From the NCBI GenBank assembly GCA_963778275.1, contig CAVZTS010000013.1, positions 46,713 through 110,712 on the forward strand: DNA of 64,000 bases, written 5' to 3'. The notes beneath the pieces were generated by a model. That model made no database searches, was not told the origin of the DNA, and worked only from the letters and a program-made list of their open reading frames with translations. Position numbers and translations under genes: made by a program. This stretch comes from an uncultured beta proteobacterium (GTDB taxonomy: Bacteria; Pseudomonadota; Gammaproteobacteria; Burkholderiales; Casimicrobiaceae). This document shows positions 35,797 to 46,923 of the stretch, in pieces. The first letter of the stretch is position 1. Each line of letters opens with the position of its first letter.

Positions 35797-37016
35797 CTAG
35801 ACGCCAGGGTCGCGGACGTGCTCGACGGTTTCGAATTCGACGTTGTAGAGCAGCTCCGTCGACCAGGCTGCATTTGCGGATGTATACGTTCTGCACGACG
35901 TCGCGCGTTGCCGCGTCGATGGCCATGGGTCCGCGCGGGCTCGTCCACGCCATGCCCTTCATCGCGGCGACCAGATTTTCCCCGTCGCCGCTGCCGCCGG
36001 TCTGCTTGAGCGCCTCGTAAATGAGGTGCGTCCCGTCGTAGCCGCCGACCGACATGAAGTTCGGCCGCATGCCGCCGTTGGCGCGCATGAAGCCCTCGAC
36101 GTAGGCCTTGTTCTCCGGCGACGGATGGGCGGCGGAGTAATGGTGCGAGCTGATCACCCCCAGCGCCGGGCGCCCGATCGCCTCGAGAATGTCGTCGTCG
36201 AGCACGTCGCCGGTGCAGATGAGCGTCACCCCGGCCTCCTTCAGGCCGCGTTCGGCAAACTGCTTCAGCACCGCGGTGCCTTCGCCCGAGGGCACGAAGA
36301 CGAACAGTGCGTCGGGCTTGGCATCCTTGGCGCGCTGCAGGAACGGCGCGTAGTCCGGATTGCGCAGCGGGGAGCGCAGCGACATCGACGATGCTGCCGC
36401 CGGCGTCGCCGAAACGCTTGACGAATGTCTTTTCGGCGTCGAGCCCGGGCCGTAATCGGTCACCAGCGTGACGACGTTCTTGATCCGGTTCTTCGCCGCC
36501 CAGTCGGCCATGGGCGCGGTGACCTGCGGCAGGGTGAACCCCGAGCGCACGATGAACGGCGAGCGCTGCGGGATGACCGACGCCGCTGCCGCCATGACGA
36601 TCATGGGCACCTTCGCCTCGGTTGCCACCGGCGCGGCGGCGAGCGCGAGCGGGGTCAGGCCGAAGCCCGCCAGAACGGCAACTTTTTCCTGCAGCAGGAG
36701 TTCCTGCGCGATGCGCTTGGTCGTCTCCGGCGCGAGCCCCGTGTCGTCCTTGACGACGAGCTCGAGCTTGCGCCCGGCGACCGCGTCGCCGTTACGCTGC
36801 ATGTACAGTCGCACCGCCCGCCTCGACCTGCCGGCCGGTCGAAGCGAACGGGCCGGTCAGCGGCAGGATCAAACCGATCTTGACCGCATCGGCGGCGAAA
36901 GCGCGCTCGCGGCAGCCACGCCCCGGCTGCGCCAGCCGAGCAGCGCCCTTCAGGAACCTGCGTCGCGATTGCGGCGCATCGCGCTTGCATCCTCGATTCG
37001 CTCCCCATGCGTCCAC
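35797..37016 (-). pseudogene. Liv-type (branched-chain amino acid family) ABC substrate-binding protein, multiply frame-disrupted
   Basis: Conserved sequence runs SRRRFLKGAARLA...AADAVKIGLILPLTGPFASTGRQVEAG, then RLYMQRNGDAVAGRKLELVVKDD...VTLVTDYGPG, then an out-of-frame stretch, then LRNPDYAPFLQRAKDAKPDALFVFVPSGEG...YIRK, then LYNVEFETVEHVRDPGV-stop at 35797. Shifts are near 36820, 36443, 36385 and 35856. Confidence 0.7.
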
Positions 37017-37038
37017 CCCACGATTATGCACCCGAGCG

Positions 37039-39139
37039 TTACGCCGGATAGAATCCTCGCCCGGCCGCCGCCAGGCGCAGCAGTCCCGGCGCCGGCGTCC
37101 AATAGGCGGCGCCGAAGCGATCGCGCAATGCCTCGATCCGCTGCCACAACATGCGCGAGGCCCAGCCGGTCGGCGTAGAACAGCGGCCCGCCGCGAAACC
37201 TCGGAAAACCGTAGCCGGTCAGCCAGACCACGTCGATGTCCGAAGCGCGGTCGACGACGCCTTCGTCGATGATTTTCGCGGCCTCGTTGAGCATCCCCAA
37301 CAGACAGCGCTCGACGATCTCGGCCGGCTGGAGAGCGTCGTCGCACGATGCCGCGGGCGCGTGCGTGCTCGGCGAGCAATGCCTCGATCGCCGGGTCCGG
37401 GACCGGCTTGCGGCTGCCGGCCTCATAGCGGTACCAGCCGGCGCCGGTCTTCTGCCCGAGCCGCTTGGCTGCGACCAGCTGGTCGAGCAGATCGCAATCG
37501 CGTCCGCCCAGCTCGCGCAGCTGCCGACGCAGGGCCTCGTTGCGCCAGCCGATGTCCAGCCCCGCCAGGTCGCCGACCGCGAGCGGCCCCATGGCGAATC
37601 CGAACTCGACCAGCGCAGCGTCGATCTGCTCGTGGCAGCGCGCCCTCCTCGAGCATGAACAGGCACTCGCGGGTGCGCAGGACGCAGCATGCGATTGCCG
37701 ATGAAGCCGTCCTTGCCCTTGCACACGACGCCGACCTTTTTCAATCGCCGGACCAGCGCCATGCCCGTTGCCAGCGCCTCGGGTGAGGTCGCTTCGGTGC
37801 GCACGATCTCGACCAAGCGCATCACGTTGGCCGGGCTGAAGAAATGCAGGCCGATGACCTCCTGCGGGCGACGCGTGAAGCCCGCGATCTCCGCGACGTC
37901 GAGATACGAGGTATTGGTCGCGAGCAGCGCGTGCGGCGCCGCGGCGGCGTCGATTTGGGCGAACACCGTCGCGCTTGACGGCGATGTCCTCGAACACCGC
38001 CTCGATGACGCACGTCGGCGCCCGCGCACGCCTCGATGCCGGCCGCGCCGGCAAGGCGGGCGAGCAGCGGCGGCACGGCGGCTGCCGGCGATCCGCCCCT
38101 TCGCGGCGGCTTCCCGGTAGTGCGCGGCGATGCGCTCCTGTGCCCGCGCGAGTGCCGCTGCGGCAGTCTCGATGAGGGTCACCTGCAGTCCGGCGTCGAG
38201 CAGCGCGATCGCGATGCCCTGCCCCATCGTGCCCGCGCCGATGACAGCCGCGGTGGAGAGCGTGCGCGGCGTCCCCTCCGTCACGCCGACGGGCAGCTTG
38301 CCGGCGTCGCGTTCGGCGAAGAAGGCGTGGCGCAATGCCTTGGCCTCCGGCGTATCGCGCAGCAACAGAAAATCGGCGCGCGCGCGTGCGACCGCGTCCG
38401 CGAATGGCATCTCGATCGCGCGCCGGACGGCGGCGACGATTCGCTCCGGCGCGGGCTCGCCGCGGCGCCGCCGCGCCGCTTCCTCGTAGCGTTGAAAGAC
38501 CTCCGGCGCCGCGTCCGGAAGCGGCCGGTTCGCCGTGCGCCGCGGCCCGGATTCAGCCGTCGCGAGCCGACGCGCGAACGCCACCGCCGCCGCATGCACG
38601 TCGGTCTCGACGATCTCGTCGACGAAACCCGCGACCTCCGCCGCATCGATCGCGCGCGGCCGGCCATCGAGCATCATCGCCAGCGCGCCGTCGAACCCAA
38701 TCAGGCGCGGCATGCGCTGCGTCCCTCCGGCGCCGGGCAGCAGGCCGAGATTGACTTCGGGCAGCCCGATCCGTGCACCGCGCACGGCAACGCGGTAATG
38801 GCAGCCCGCGGCCAACTCACAGCCTCCGCCCAGCGCGTTGCCGTGCAGCGCGGCGACCACCGGCTTTGCCGAATCGGCAAAGCGCTGGATGACGTCCGAC
38901 AGATGCGGCGGCTGCGGCGGCAGGTCGAACTCGCGGATGTCGGCCCCGGCGCAGAACGACGCGCCGGCACCGGCGACGACGATGGCGCGTACGGCGTCGT
39001 CGGCGACCGCTGCGTCGAGCGCGGCGACGAGGCCGCTGCGCACGTCGCTTGACAACGCGTTCACCGGAGGATGGTCGATCGTGATCACGGCGACAGCGCC
39101 TTCGCGCGCGAGCGACACGACCGGAGTTGCGGTGGACAA
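37039..39139 (-). pseudogene. Fused enoyl-CoA hydratase / 3-hydroxyacyl-CoA dehydrogenase (FadB/FadJ-like), heavily frame-disrupted
   Basis: The N-terminal crotonase half is intact in ORF 36950..39289 (ITIDHPPVNAL...GAGASFCAGADI...[12 protein letters not shown]). The dehydrogenase half jumps between all three frames: AVIGAGTMGQGIA, VIEAVFEDIAVKRD, LATNTSYLDV...HFFSPANVMRLVEI, MLEEGALP, EQIDAALVEFGFAMGPLAVGDLAGLDI, IVERCLLGMLNEAAKII, IEALRDRFGAAYWTPAP...FYPA-stop at 37039. I count at least 7 frame changes. Confidence 0.75.
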
Positions 39140-39582
39140 AGGTGGTGGATTCCGAAGCGCTTCGGCCAAAGCGCACACAAAAAAAATCGAACGGTTACGC
39201 GTCGCCGACTGTCGCTGCCACCGCTCCCGCGGCGAGCGCGACGCGATCGTGCCGGCACGCGGGTCCCGAGCGGAGCGGAGCGCGCGCACGCGCGTTGGGC
39301 GGCGCAGTGGCTGGCTTGGGCTCGTTCAAGCATCGCATCCTCCCCGGCGACGGCGCGGACGGCTCCGCAGTCCCTGCACCGCTTCGACGCTATACTATAG
39401 GAAGACAGCTACAGCGACGAGGCGTCGGCTGCTCTGGCCGGCGCGAAGGAACGCGCGGCGCAATTGCATGCCGGCGATCGTTTTGCGGCGCGCGCATTGT
39501 GCTCAGCACCTGTCGTGGCAGGCGCGAGGGTACTGGGCGTGCTTGAGCTGCCTCGTGCCGGTCCATCCCTGGAGAAAGTGTC

Positions 39583-40677
39583 CTGAGCAACGCGCAAGGC
39601 GGGCCGCTCTCCGGCCTGCGAATCGTCGAATTTGCCGGCATCGGCCCGGTACCGTTTGCCGCGATGTTGCTCGCCGACATGGGCGCGGACGTGGTGCGGG
39701 TCACGCGTCCGGACGCGGCGCGACTTGACGCGCGCGATATCGTCGAGCGCGGCAGACGGCTGGTTGCCATCGATCTCAAGTCCGAAGCCGGGGTCGCGAC
39801 TGCGCTTGAGCTGCTCGACCGGGCCGACGTGCTGCTGGAAGGCTTCCGCCCCGGCGTCATGGAGCGCCTGGGCATGGGCCCGGATCCGGTGCTGCGTCGC
39901 AATCCTGCGCTCGTGTATGGCCGGATGACCGGCTGGGGACAGACGGGACCGCTGGCCACCGCGGCGGGCCACGACATCAATTACATCGCGCTCGCCGGCG
40001 CATTGCACGCGATCGGCGAGGCTGGGCGCGCACCGGTGCCGCCGCTGAACCTGCTGGGTGACTTTGGCGGCGGCGCGCTGTATCTGGTCGTCGGCGTGCT
40101 CGCGGCGTTGCTCGAGGCACGCCTCTCCGGCCGGGGCCAGGTCGTCGATGCTGCGATCGTCGATGGCACAGCGTCGCTGCTCACATTCGTGCATGCGGCG
40201 CTCGCGCATGGCGAATGGCGCGACGGGCGCGGCAGCAATCTGCTCGATGGCGGCGCGCCCTTCTACGGCACGTATCGCTGCGCCGACGGTCTCTACGTCG
40301 CGGTGGGCGCGCTGGAGCCCCGGTTCCACGCGCAGTTGCTCGAGCGCCTCGACCTGCCGCCGGAAGCGTTCGCCGAGCGCCTCGATCCGGCGACCTGGCC
40401 GCGGCTCAAGGAGCTCATGCGCGATGCATTCGCCCTGCGCACGCAGAAGGAATGCTGCGACCTGCTCGAGGGCACTGACGCGTGCTTCGCTCCGGTGTTA
40501 TCGCTCGAGGAAGCGGCGGCGCACCCGCATCTGGCCGCGCGCGGTGTGTTCGCCGCGCTCGACGGCGTCGCGTGCCCGGCGCCTGCGCCGCGCTTTTCTC
40601 GGACGCCGGGCACGTTGCACCCGGTGCAGGGGGCGCTCCACGACGCCGCCGCGATCGCGCGCGAGTGGTCGCGCTAG
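39583..40677 (+). CDS. CaiB/BaiF family III CoA-transferase (alpha-methylacyl-CoA racemase-like)
   Basis: [46 protein letters not shown] and GHDINYIA. The conserved N-terminus lies upstream of the track start (39664). The only in-frame candidate start is CTG 39583. GTG 39578 is one frame off. Confidence 0.8.
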   Translation: MSNAQGGPLSGLRIVEFAGIGPVPFAAMLLADMGADVVRVTRPDAARLDARDIVERGRRLVAIDLKSEAGVATALELLDRADVLLEGFRPGVMERLGMGPDPVLRRNPALVYGRMTGWGQTGPLATAAGHDINYIALAGALHAIGEAGRAPVPPLNLLGDFGGGALYLVVGVLAALLEARLSGRGQVVDAAIVDGTASLLTFVHAALAHGEWRDGRGSNLLDGGAPFYGTYRCADGLYVAVGALEPRFHAQLLERLDLPPEAFAERLDPATWPRLKELMRDAFALRTQKECCDLLEGTDACFAPVLSLEEAAAHPHLAARGVFAALDGVACPAPAPRFSRTPGTLHPVQGALHDAAAIAREWSR

Positions 40678-40742
40678 AGCACTCACGGTGGGGCGTCGCA
40701 ACCAAATTCGATCGTCGCGGCGCAAACATTGAAGGACTTCCG

Positions 40743-43133
40743 ATGGACACGGCAAAGCGCGCAGGGGCTCACCCTCATCATTCCGGTCATGCTACGCAGC
40801 AGCCGGCAGCCGGCCCTCGTACGCCGCCTCCGGGTTCGGCGCTCGATCCCGTCTGCGGAATGACCGTCGCGACGGCAACCGCGAAGCACACCCACGAGTG
40901 GAGCGACAAGACCTGGTACTTCTGCTGCGGCCATTGCAAGGCGAAATTCGCAGCCGAGCCGGAGCGTTACGCCGGGGACGTGGCGAAGCCGGAGCAATCC
41001 GCGCCGGCGTCGCCTCCCGGCACGGTCTACACCTGCCCCATGCATCCGGAAATTCGTCGGCTCGGCCCCGCCAGTTGCCCGATTTGCGGCATGGCGCTCG
41101 AGCCGCTGGTGGCGACGGGCGACGAAGGGCCGAATCCGGAGCTCCTCGACATGACGCGCCGGTTCTGGATCGGTCTGGCGTTCACGATCCCGGTGTTCGT
41201 CCTCGCCATGGCCGAGCACGTTCCGGCCTTGCACGACGTGCTGCCGGACATGCGAGCTTCCGGATGGATCCAGTTCGTGTTCTCGATTCCGGTCGTGCTC
41301 TGGGCGGCGTGGCCGTTCTTCGTGCGCGGGTGGAATTCGCTGCGCTCGCGCAATCTCAATATGTACACGCTGATCGCGCTCGGTGTCGGCGTGGCATTCG
41401 CCTACAGCGTGTTCGCGGTGCTCATGCCCACAGCGTTTCCGCCGGCGTTCCGCGACGCATCCGGGCAGGTCGGCCTCTATTTCGAAGCCGCCGCAGTGAT
41501 CTCGGTGCTGGTGCTGCTGGGCGAGGTGCTGCAGTTGCGCGCGCGGGAAAACACCAGCGGCGCGATCCGGTCGCTGCTCAAGCTAGCGCCGCAGACGGCG
41601 AGCCGCGTGCGCGAAGACGGCGGCGACGAGGAAGTTCCGCTTGAGCGGGTGCGCAAAGGCGACGCCTTGCGGGTCCGACCCGGCGAGAAGGTGCCCGTCG
41701 ACGGCGTCGTGACCGAAGGCAGCTCAAGCGTCGACGAGTCGCTCGTGACTGGCGAATCGATGCCGGTGGAGAAGACGCCGGGGGCGAGCGTTACCGGCGG
41801 CACGCTCAACGACAGCGGCAGCTTCGTCATGCGCGCCGAGCGCGTCGGCACGGAAACGCTGCTCGCGCAGATCGTGCAGATGGTCGCCGCCGCGCAGCGC
41901 ACGCGCGCACCGATCCAGAAGCTCGCCGATCGGGTCGCGGCGTACTTCGTGCCCGCGGTGATCGGCGTTGCCGTGGTGGCCTTCAGCGCCTGGTCGATCT
42001 ACGGTCCGCCGCCGGCGCTGAGCTTCGCGCTGGTCGCCGCGGTGTCGGTGCTGATCATCGCCTGTCCGTGTGCGCTGGGGCTGGCGACGCCGATGTCGAT
42101 CATGGTGGGTACCGGGCGCGGCGCGCAGGCGGGCGTGCTGATCCGCAATGCGGAGGCGCTCGAGCGGCTGGAGAAGATCGACACCCTGGTGGTCGACAAG
42201 ACCGGCACGCTCACGGAGGGCAAACCCCGGCTGGTGTCGGTGGTCGCTGCCGAGGGCGTCGCGGCGACGCGGCTGCTCATGCTCGCGGCGAGCCTCGAGC
42301 GCTCCAGCGAGCACCCGCTCGCCGCGGCGATCGTCGGCGGCGCGACGGCGCGCGGCATTGCGCCGCTCGCGGTGCAGAACTTCAACGCCGTGGCCGGCAA
42401 GGGCGTCGAAGGCACCGTGGACGGCACACCGGCTGCGCTGGGCAACCTGCGCTTCGCCGAGTCGCGCGCCGCCGTGCCGCCGGCGCTGCTGGCACAAGCC
42501 GATGCCTTGCGCGCGAACGGCGACACGGTCGTATTCCTCGTCGAGGCGGGGAAGCTCGCCGGCTTGCTCGGCGTCGCCGATCCGATCAAGGCGTCGACGC
42601 CCGAGGCGCTGAAAGCGCTCGCCGACGAGGGCATTCGCGTCGTGATGGTCACCGGCGACAACGAGATCACCGCCCGCGCGGTGGCGTCGAAGCTCGGTAT
42701 CGGCGACGTGCGCGCCGACGTGCTGCCGCAGGAAAAGGGTGCGATCGTGAGAGCGCTTCGCGCCGAAGGGCGCGCCGTGGCGATGGCTGGCGACGGGGTG
42801 AACGACGCGCCGGCGCTCGCCGAGGCCGAGGTCGGGATCGCGATGGGTACCGGTGCCGATGTGGCGATCCAGAGCGCGGGCGTCACGCTCGTCAAGGGCG
42901 ACCTGCGCGGCATCGTGCGCGCGCGCAGGCTCTCGCGCGCCACCATGCGCAACATCCGCGAGAATCTTTTTCTCGCCTTTGTCTACAACTCGCTCGGCGT
43001 ACCGATCGCGGCGGGGGTGCTGTTTCCTTTCACCGGCCTGCTGCTCAATCCGATGATCGCGGCGGCGGCGATGAGCGCGAGCTCGGTGTCCGTGATCCTG
43101 AACGCCCTGCGACTGGGTCGGACGGAGATTTGA
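40743..43133 (+). CDS. copA: Copper-translocating P1B-type ATPase
   Basis: ATG 40743 lies within track ORF 40482..43133. Supporting motifs: CPC ([13 protein letters not shown]), [23 protein letters not shown]. The N-terminus has a YHS/TRASH-like DPVCGMTV...[11 protein letters not shown] and a CPMHPE...CPICGM module instead of a classical GMTCxxC HMA domain. Confidence 0.9.
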   Translation: MDTAKRAGAHPHHSGHATQQPAAGPRTPPPGSALDPVCGMTVATATAKHTHEWSDKTWYFCCGHCKAKFAAEPERYAGDVAKPEQSAPASPPGTVYTCPMHPEIRRLGPASCPICGMALEPLVATGDEGPNPELLDMTRRFWIGLAFTIPVFVLAMAEHVPALHDVLPDMRASGWIQFVFSIPVVLWAAWPFFVRGWNSLRSRNLNMYTLIALGVGVAFAYSVFAVLMPTAFPPAFRDASGQVGLYFEAAAVISVLVLLGEVLQLRARENTSGAIRSLLKLAPQTASRVREDGGDEEVPLERVRKGDALRVRPGEKVPVDGVVTEGSSSVDESLVTGESMPVEKTPGASVTGGTLNDSGSFVMRAERVGTETLLAQIVQMVAAAQRTRAPIQKLADRVAAYFVPAVIGVAVVAFSAWSIYGPPPALSFALVAAVSVLIIACPCALGLATPMSIMVGTGRGAQAGVLIRNAEALERLEKIDTLVVDKTGTLTEGKPRLVSVVAAEGVAATRLLMLAASLERSSEHPLAAAIVGGATARGIAPLAVQNFNAVAGKGVEGTVDGTPAALGNLRFAESRAAVPPALLAQADALRANGDTVVFLVEAGKLAGLLGVADPIKASTPEALKALADEGIRVVMVTGDNEITARAVASKLGIGDVRADVLPQEKGAIVRALRAEGRAVAMAGDGVNDAPALAEAEVGIAMGTGADVAIQSAGVTLVKGDLRGIVRARRLSRATMRNIRENLFLAFVYNSLGVPIAAGVLFPFTGLLLNPMIAAAAMSASSVSVILNALRLGRTEI

Positions 43134-43189
43134 TCGGCCAGGGCCTCAATCAGGGTATGAGTTGCCTGACGACCTTAGCGGCATGCCGC

Positions 43190-43579
43190 TCAATGTTGGT
43201 TCTGCGGCAGACCGTCGGCGATCTCATAGTAATCGCCCTTCTCTGCCACGAAGATGTGCCTCTCCAGGTGCGTGCGAGTCGGGGTGTCGAATGCGCCCAT
43301 CGCGATGCCGATCCAGTCCCGCGCCGGAGGATCAAAGAACAAGGACGATCCGCACGTGGCGCAGAATCCCCGTCGCACCTTCGCGGACGAGTGGTACCAG
43401 GTCACGTTCTCCTGACCCGTGATCGTGACCGCCGTCTTGGGCACGTCCGTTGAGGTGAAGTAATGGCCTGAATGTTTCCGGCACTGGGTGCAGTGGCACG
43501 CGTCGGGAGGCTTTAGTTCTCCTGTCACCACAAAAGTGACCCGGCCGCAGAGGCAAGAGCCTTTATTGATAGCTGCCAT
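43190..43579 (-). CDS. GFA (glutathione-dependent formaldehyde-activating / CENP-V) family protein
   Basis: 129 aa with CLCGRVTF...CHCTQCRKHSG...RGFCATCGSSLF cysteine pattern. Confidence 0.75.
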   Translation of the reverse strand: MAAINKGSCLCGRVTFVVTGELKPPDACHCTQCRKHSGHYFTSTDVPKTAVTITGQENVTWYHSSAKVRRGFCATCGSSLFFDPPARDWIGIAMGAFDTPTRTHLERHIFVAEKGDYYEIADGLPQNQH

Positions 43580-43591
43580 GATCCGATTCCG

Positions 43592-43765
43592 TTAGAACGG
43601 TTGTGAGCGCAGGCGCGCTCTCTGAGGCCTGACGAGGCCGGACCGCCGCGAGCAGGGCCACTGCTTCTTCGCGAAGGGAAAAATCACGTTCCAGTCCTGC
43701 TTCATGTCCACGACGGTCCAACCCTTCGCCTGAGCCTCATCGAGCGCCTTGTCGAGTTTCCCCAT
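43592..43765 (-). pseudogene. Probable 3-prime remnant of a HAD-superfamily hydrolase gene
   Basis: A 57-codon ORF, below the track cutoff, opens MGKLDKALDEAQAKGWTVVDMKQDWNVIFPF. This matches my memory of the C-terminal end of a proteobacterial HAD-like hydrolase family. Nothing upstream resembles the rest of such a protein. Confidence 0.35.
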
Positions 43766-43828
43766 GATCTGTCGGCTGCTACGCCACGAGCTTATGTGGA
43801 TGCCCGCGGAGCCGATCGCGTGCAGAGC

Positions 43829-44992
43829 CTAGAACGACCGCGGCAGGCCGAGGACGTGCTCGGCGACGTAGCTCAAGATGAGGTTGGTCGAAATCGGCGC
43901 CACCAGGTACAAGCGCGTCTCGCGGAACTTGCGCTCGACATCGTACTCGGCGGCGAAGCCGAAGCCGCCGTGCGTCTGCAGGCAGACATTGGCCGCTTCC
44001 CACGCCGCCTTGGCGGCAAGGTGCTTGGCCATGTTCGCCTCGGCGCCACAAGGCTCGCCGCGATCGAATAGCGCGCAGGCCTTGAAGCGCATCAGGTTGG
44101 CGGCCTCGACCTCCATGTAGGCCTCGGCGATCGGGAAGGCCACACCCTGGTTCTTGCCGATCGGCCGCCCGAATACCACGCGCTCTCCGGCGTACTGGGT
44201 GGCGCGCTCGATGAACCAGTAGCCGTCACCGATGCACTCGGCGGCGATCAGGGTCCGCTCGGCGTTGAGCCCGTCGAGGATGTACCTGAAGCCTTGGCCC
44301 TCCTCGCCGATGAGGTTTTCTGCCGGGATCTCGAGCTCGGTGAAGAAGAGCTCGTTGGTTTCGTGATTGACCATGTTGCGGATAGGGCGGACCGTGAGCC
44401 CCTTGCCGATCGCGTCGGCCAGGTCAACGATGAAAATGGACATCCCCTCGGACTTGCGCTTGACCGCCGCGAGCGGTGTCGTGCGCGCGAGCAGGATCAT
44501 CAGGTCCGAGTGCTGCACGCGCGAGATCCAGACCTTCTGGCCGTCGACGACATAGCGATCGCCCTTCTTCCGCGCGGTCGTCTTGAGTTGGGTGGTATCG
44601 GTGCCCGTGCTGGGCTCGGTCACCGCCATCGATTGCAGGCGCAGCGTGCCCGCGGCGATGCCGGGCAGATATTTTCGCTTCTGGGCCTCAGAGCCGTGCC
44701 GCAGCAGCGTGCCCATGTTGTACATCTGCCCGTGGCAGGCACCGGCATTGCCGCCCGAGCGGTTGATTTCCTCCATGATGACCGAGGCCTCGGCGAGGCC
44801 AAGCCCCGATCCGCCGTACTCCTCGGGAATCAGCGCGGCGAGCCAGCCTGCCTTGGTAAGCGCGGCGACGAACGCTTCGGGATAGGCGCGTGCTGCGTCA
44901 AGCTCGCGGAAATACGCGTCGGGAAAGTTCGCGCACAGCGCGCGCATGGCCGCGCGGATCTCCGCGTAGTTCTCGGCGGTTTCGGGCTTCAT
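43829..44992 (-). CDS. Acyl-CoA dehydrogenase
   Basis: 387 aa with AVTEPSTGTDTT, GDRYVVDGQKVWIS, RPIGKNQGVAFPIAE and QTHGGFGFAAEYDVERKFRE. Confidence 0.85.
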   Translation of the reverse strand: MKPETAENYAEIRAAMRALCANFPDAYFRELDAARAYPEAFVAALTKAGWLAALIPEEYGGSGLGLAEASVIMEEINRSGGNAGACHGQMYNMGTLLRHGSEAQKRKYLPGIAAGTLRLQSMAVTEPSTGTDTTQLKTTARKKGDRYVVDGQKVWISRVQHSDLMILLARTTPLAAVKRKSEGMSIFIVDLADAIGKGLTVRPIRNMVNHETNELFFTELEIPAENLIGEEGQGFRYILDGLNAERTLIAAECIGDGYWFIERATQYAGERVVFGRPIGKNQGVAFPIAEAYMEVEAANLMRFKACALFDRGEPCGAEANMAKHLAAKAAWEAANVCLQTHGGFGFAAEYDVERKFRETRLYLVAPISTNLILSYVAEHVLGLPRSF

Positions 44993-45009
44993 GGTCGCGG
45001 GCTCCGCGT

Positions 45010-46923
45010 TCAGTGCACTGCGCCGATGAGGCCGCGGCGAGCGAGCTCGTGCACGATGAGTTCCGCCGCCGCGTCCGCGGCCAGGCGGATGGTCTCGATA
45101 TGGATCTCCGCGTGCTCCGGCGTCTCGTAGGGCGAATCGATCCCGGTGAAGTTCTTCAGTTCGCCATGCCTTGCCTTCCAGTACAACCCCTTGGCATCGC
45201 GCTTCTCCGCGACGGCGAGCGGGGTGTCGACGAACACCTCGATGAATTCCTCCGCGTCCAGGAGCTCGCGGGCCAGGCGGCGCTCGGCGCGGAACGGCGA
45301 GATGAACGCCGTGATGACGATCAGGCCCGCATCGACCATCAGCTTCGCCACCTCGGCGACGCGGCGGATGTTCTCGACCCGGTCGGCGTCGGTGAAGCCG
45401 AGATCCTTGTTCAAGCCGTGGCGCACGTTGTCCCCGTCGAGGAGGTACGTATGGCGGCCGAGCGCGTGCAGCTTCTTCTCCACCAGGTTCGCAATGGTTG
45501 ACTTGCCCGCACCGGAGAGGCCGGTCAGCCAGAGGACGCAGGATTTCTGGCCTTTCATCTGCGCCCGGGACGCCTTGTTGAGGTCGAGTTGCTGCAGATG
45601 GATGTTGTGCGCCCGGCGCAGCGCAAAATCGAGCAGCCCTGCGCCGACCGTGTTGTTGCTGACGCGATCGATCAGGATAAACCCGCCGGTATCGCGGTTC
45701 TCCCGGTAGGTGTCGAATGCGACCGGGTAGTCAAGGGAGACGTTGCAGACTCCGATCTCGTTGAGTGAGAGCGTCTTGGCCGCGACGTGCTCCAGCGAAT
45801 TGACGTTGACCTTGTACTTGAGGGCGCCGACCTGCGCATTCACCGTGCGCGCGCCGATCTTGAGCAGGTACGGCCGACCCGGCAACATCGGCTCGTCGGC
45901 CATCCAGATCAGCGTCGCTTCGAACTGGTCGGCAACCTCGGCGGGCGCGCTCGCGGTCGAGATGGTGTCGCCGCGGGAGATGTCGATCGCGTCGGCCAGC
46001 GTGAGCGTGATCGACTCTCCGACGCTCGCGCGCTGCAAGTCGCCGTCCGCGGTGACGATGCGCGCCACCGAGCTCTCCCGCCCCGAAGGCTGCACCCGCA
46101 CGCGCTCGCCGGCTCTGATCGTGCCGCTGGCGATGGTCCCGGCAAAACCGCGGAAGTCGTGGTGCGGCCGGTTGACCCACTGCACGGGCAGCCGGAACGG
46201 CGCGGCTTGCAGCCGCGCGGCGTCGACCTCGACCGCCTCGAGCCAGCCCATGAGCGTCGCGCCGCGGTACCAGGGCATGTTCGGACTCGACGCGACGACG
46301 TTGTCGCCCTTGAGCGCGGATACCGGGATGAAGGTCGCGTGCTCGAGGCCGACGCGGGTGGCGAAGCCGCTCAATTCTTCGACGACGGCGCGAAATGCCG
46401 GCTGCGCATAGCCGACCAAGTCCATCTTGTTGACGGCAACGATGATGTGGCGGATGCCCAGGAGCGAGACGATGTAGGCGTGCCGGCGCGTCTGGGTGAG
46501 CGCGCCGTTGCGCGCGTCGACGATCAGCACGGCCGCGTCGGCGGTCGAGGCGCCGGTGACCATGTTGCGGGTGTATTGTTCGTGGCCGGGCGTGTCGGCA
46601 ACGATGTACTTGCGCCGGTCCGTCGCGAAGAAGCGGTACGCGACGTCGATGGTGATGCCCTGCTCGCGTTCCGCGCTGAGACCGTCGAGGAGCAGCGCGA
46701 AATCGAGCGCTTCGCCCTGCGTTCCCAGTTTCCTCGAGTCCGCCTCGAGCGCGGCCAGCTGGTCCTCGAAGAGCAGCTTCGATTCGTAGAGCAGGCGCCC
46801 GATCAGCGTGCTCTTGCCGTCGTCGACGCTGCCGCAGGTGATGAACCGCAGCAGGCTCTGCTGCTGCTGCGCGCGCAGGTAGCGCTCGATGTCGCCGGCG
46901 GCCGAGGGCGAGCCGCGTGCCAT
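45010..46923 (-). CDS. cysNC: Bifunctional sulfate adenylyltransferase subunit 1 / adenylylsulfate kinase
   Basis: ATG 46923 overlaps the cysD stop by 1 nt. GTPase motifs are [17 protein letters not shown] and NKMD. The C-terminal APS kinase has a P-loop [11 protein letters not shown]. The 637-aa frame is intact. Confidence 0.9.
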   Translation of the reverse strand: MARGSPSAAGDIERYLRAQQQQSLLRFITCGSVDDGKSTLIGRLLYESKLLFEDQLAALEADSRKLGTQGEALDFALLLDGLSAEREQGITIDVAYRFFATDRRKYIVADTPGHEQYTRNMVTGASTADAAVLIVDARNGALTQTRRHAYIVSLLGIRHIIVAVNKMDLVGYAQPAFRAVVEELSGFATRVGLEHATFIPVSALKGDNVVASSPNMPWYRGATLMGWLEAVEVDAARLQAAPFRLPVQWVNRPHHDFRGFAGTIASGTIRAGERVRVQPSGRESSVARIVTADGDLQRASVGESITLTLADAIDISRGDTISTASAPAEVADQFEATLIWMADEPMLPGRPYLLKIGARTVNAQVGALKYKVNVNSLEHVAAKTLSLNEIGVCNVSLDYPVAFDTYRENRDTGGFILIDRVSNNTVGAGLLDFALRRAHNIHLQQLDLNKASRAQMKGQKSCVLWLTGLSGAGKSTIANLVEKKLHALGRHTYLLDGDNVRHGLNKDLGFTDADRVENIRRVAEVAKLMVDAGLIVITAFISPFRAERRLARELLDAEEFIEVFVDTPLAVAEKRDAKGLYWKARHGELKNFTGIDSPYETPEHAEIHIETIRLAADAAAELIVHELARRGLIGAVH

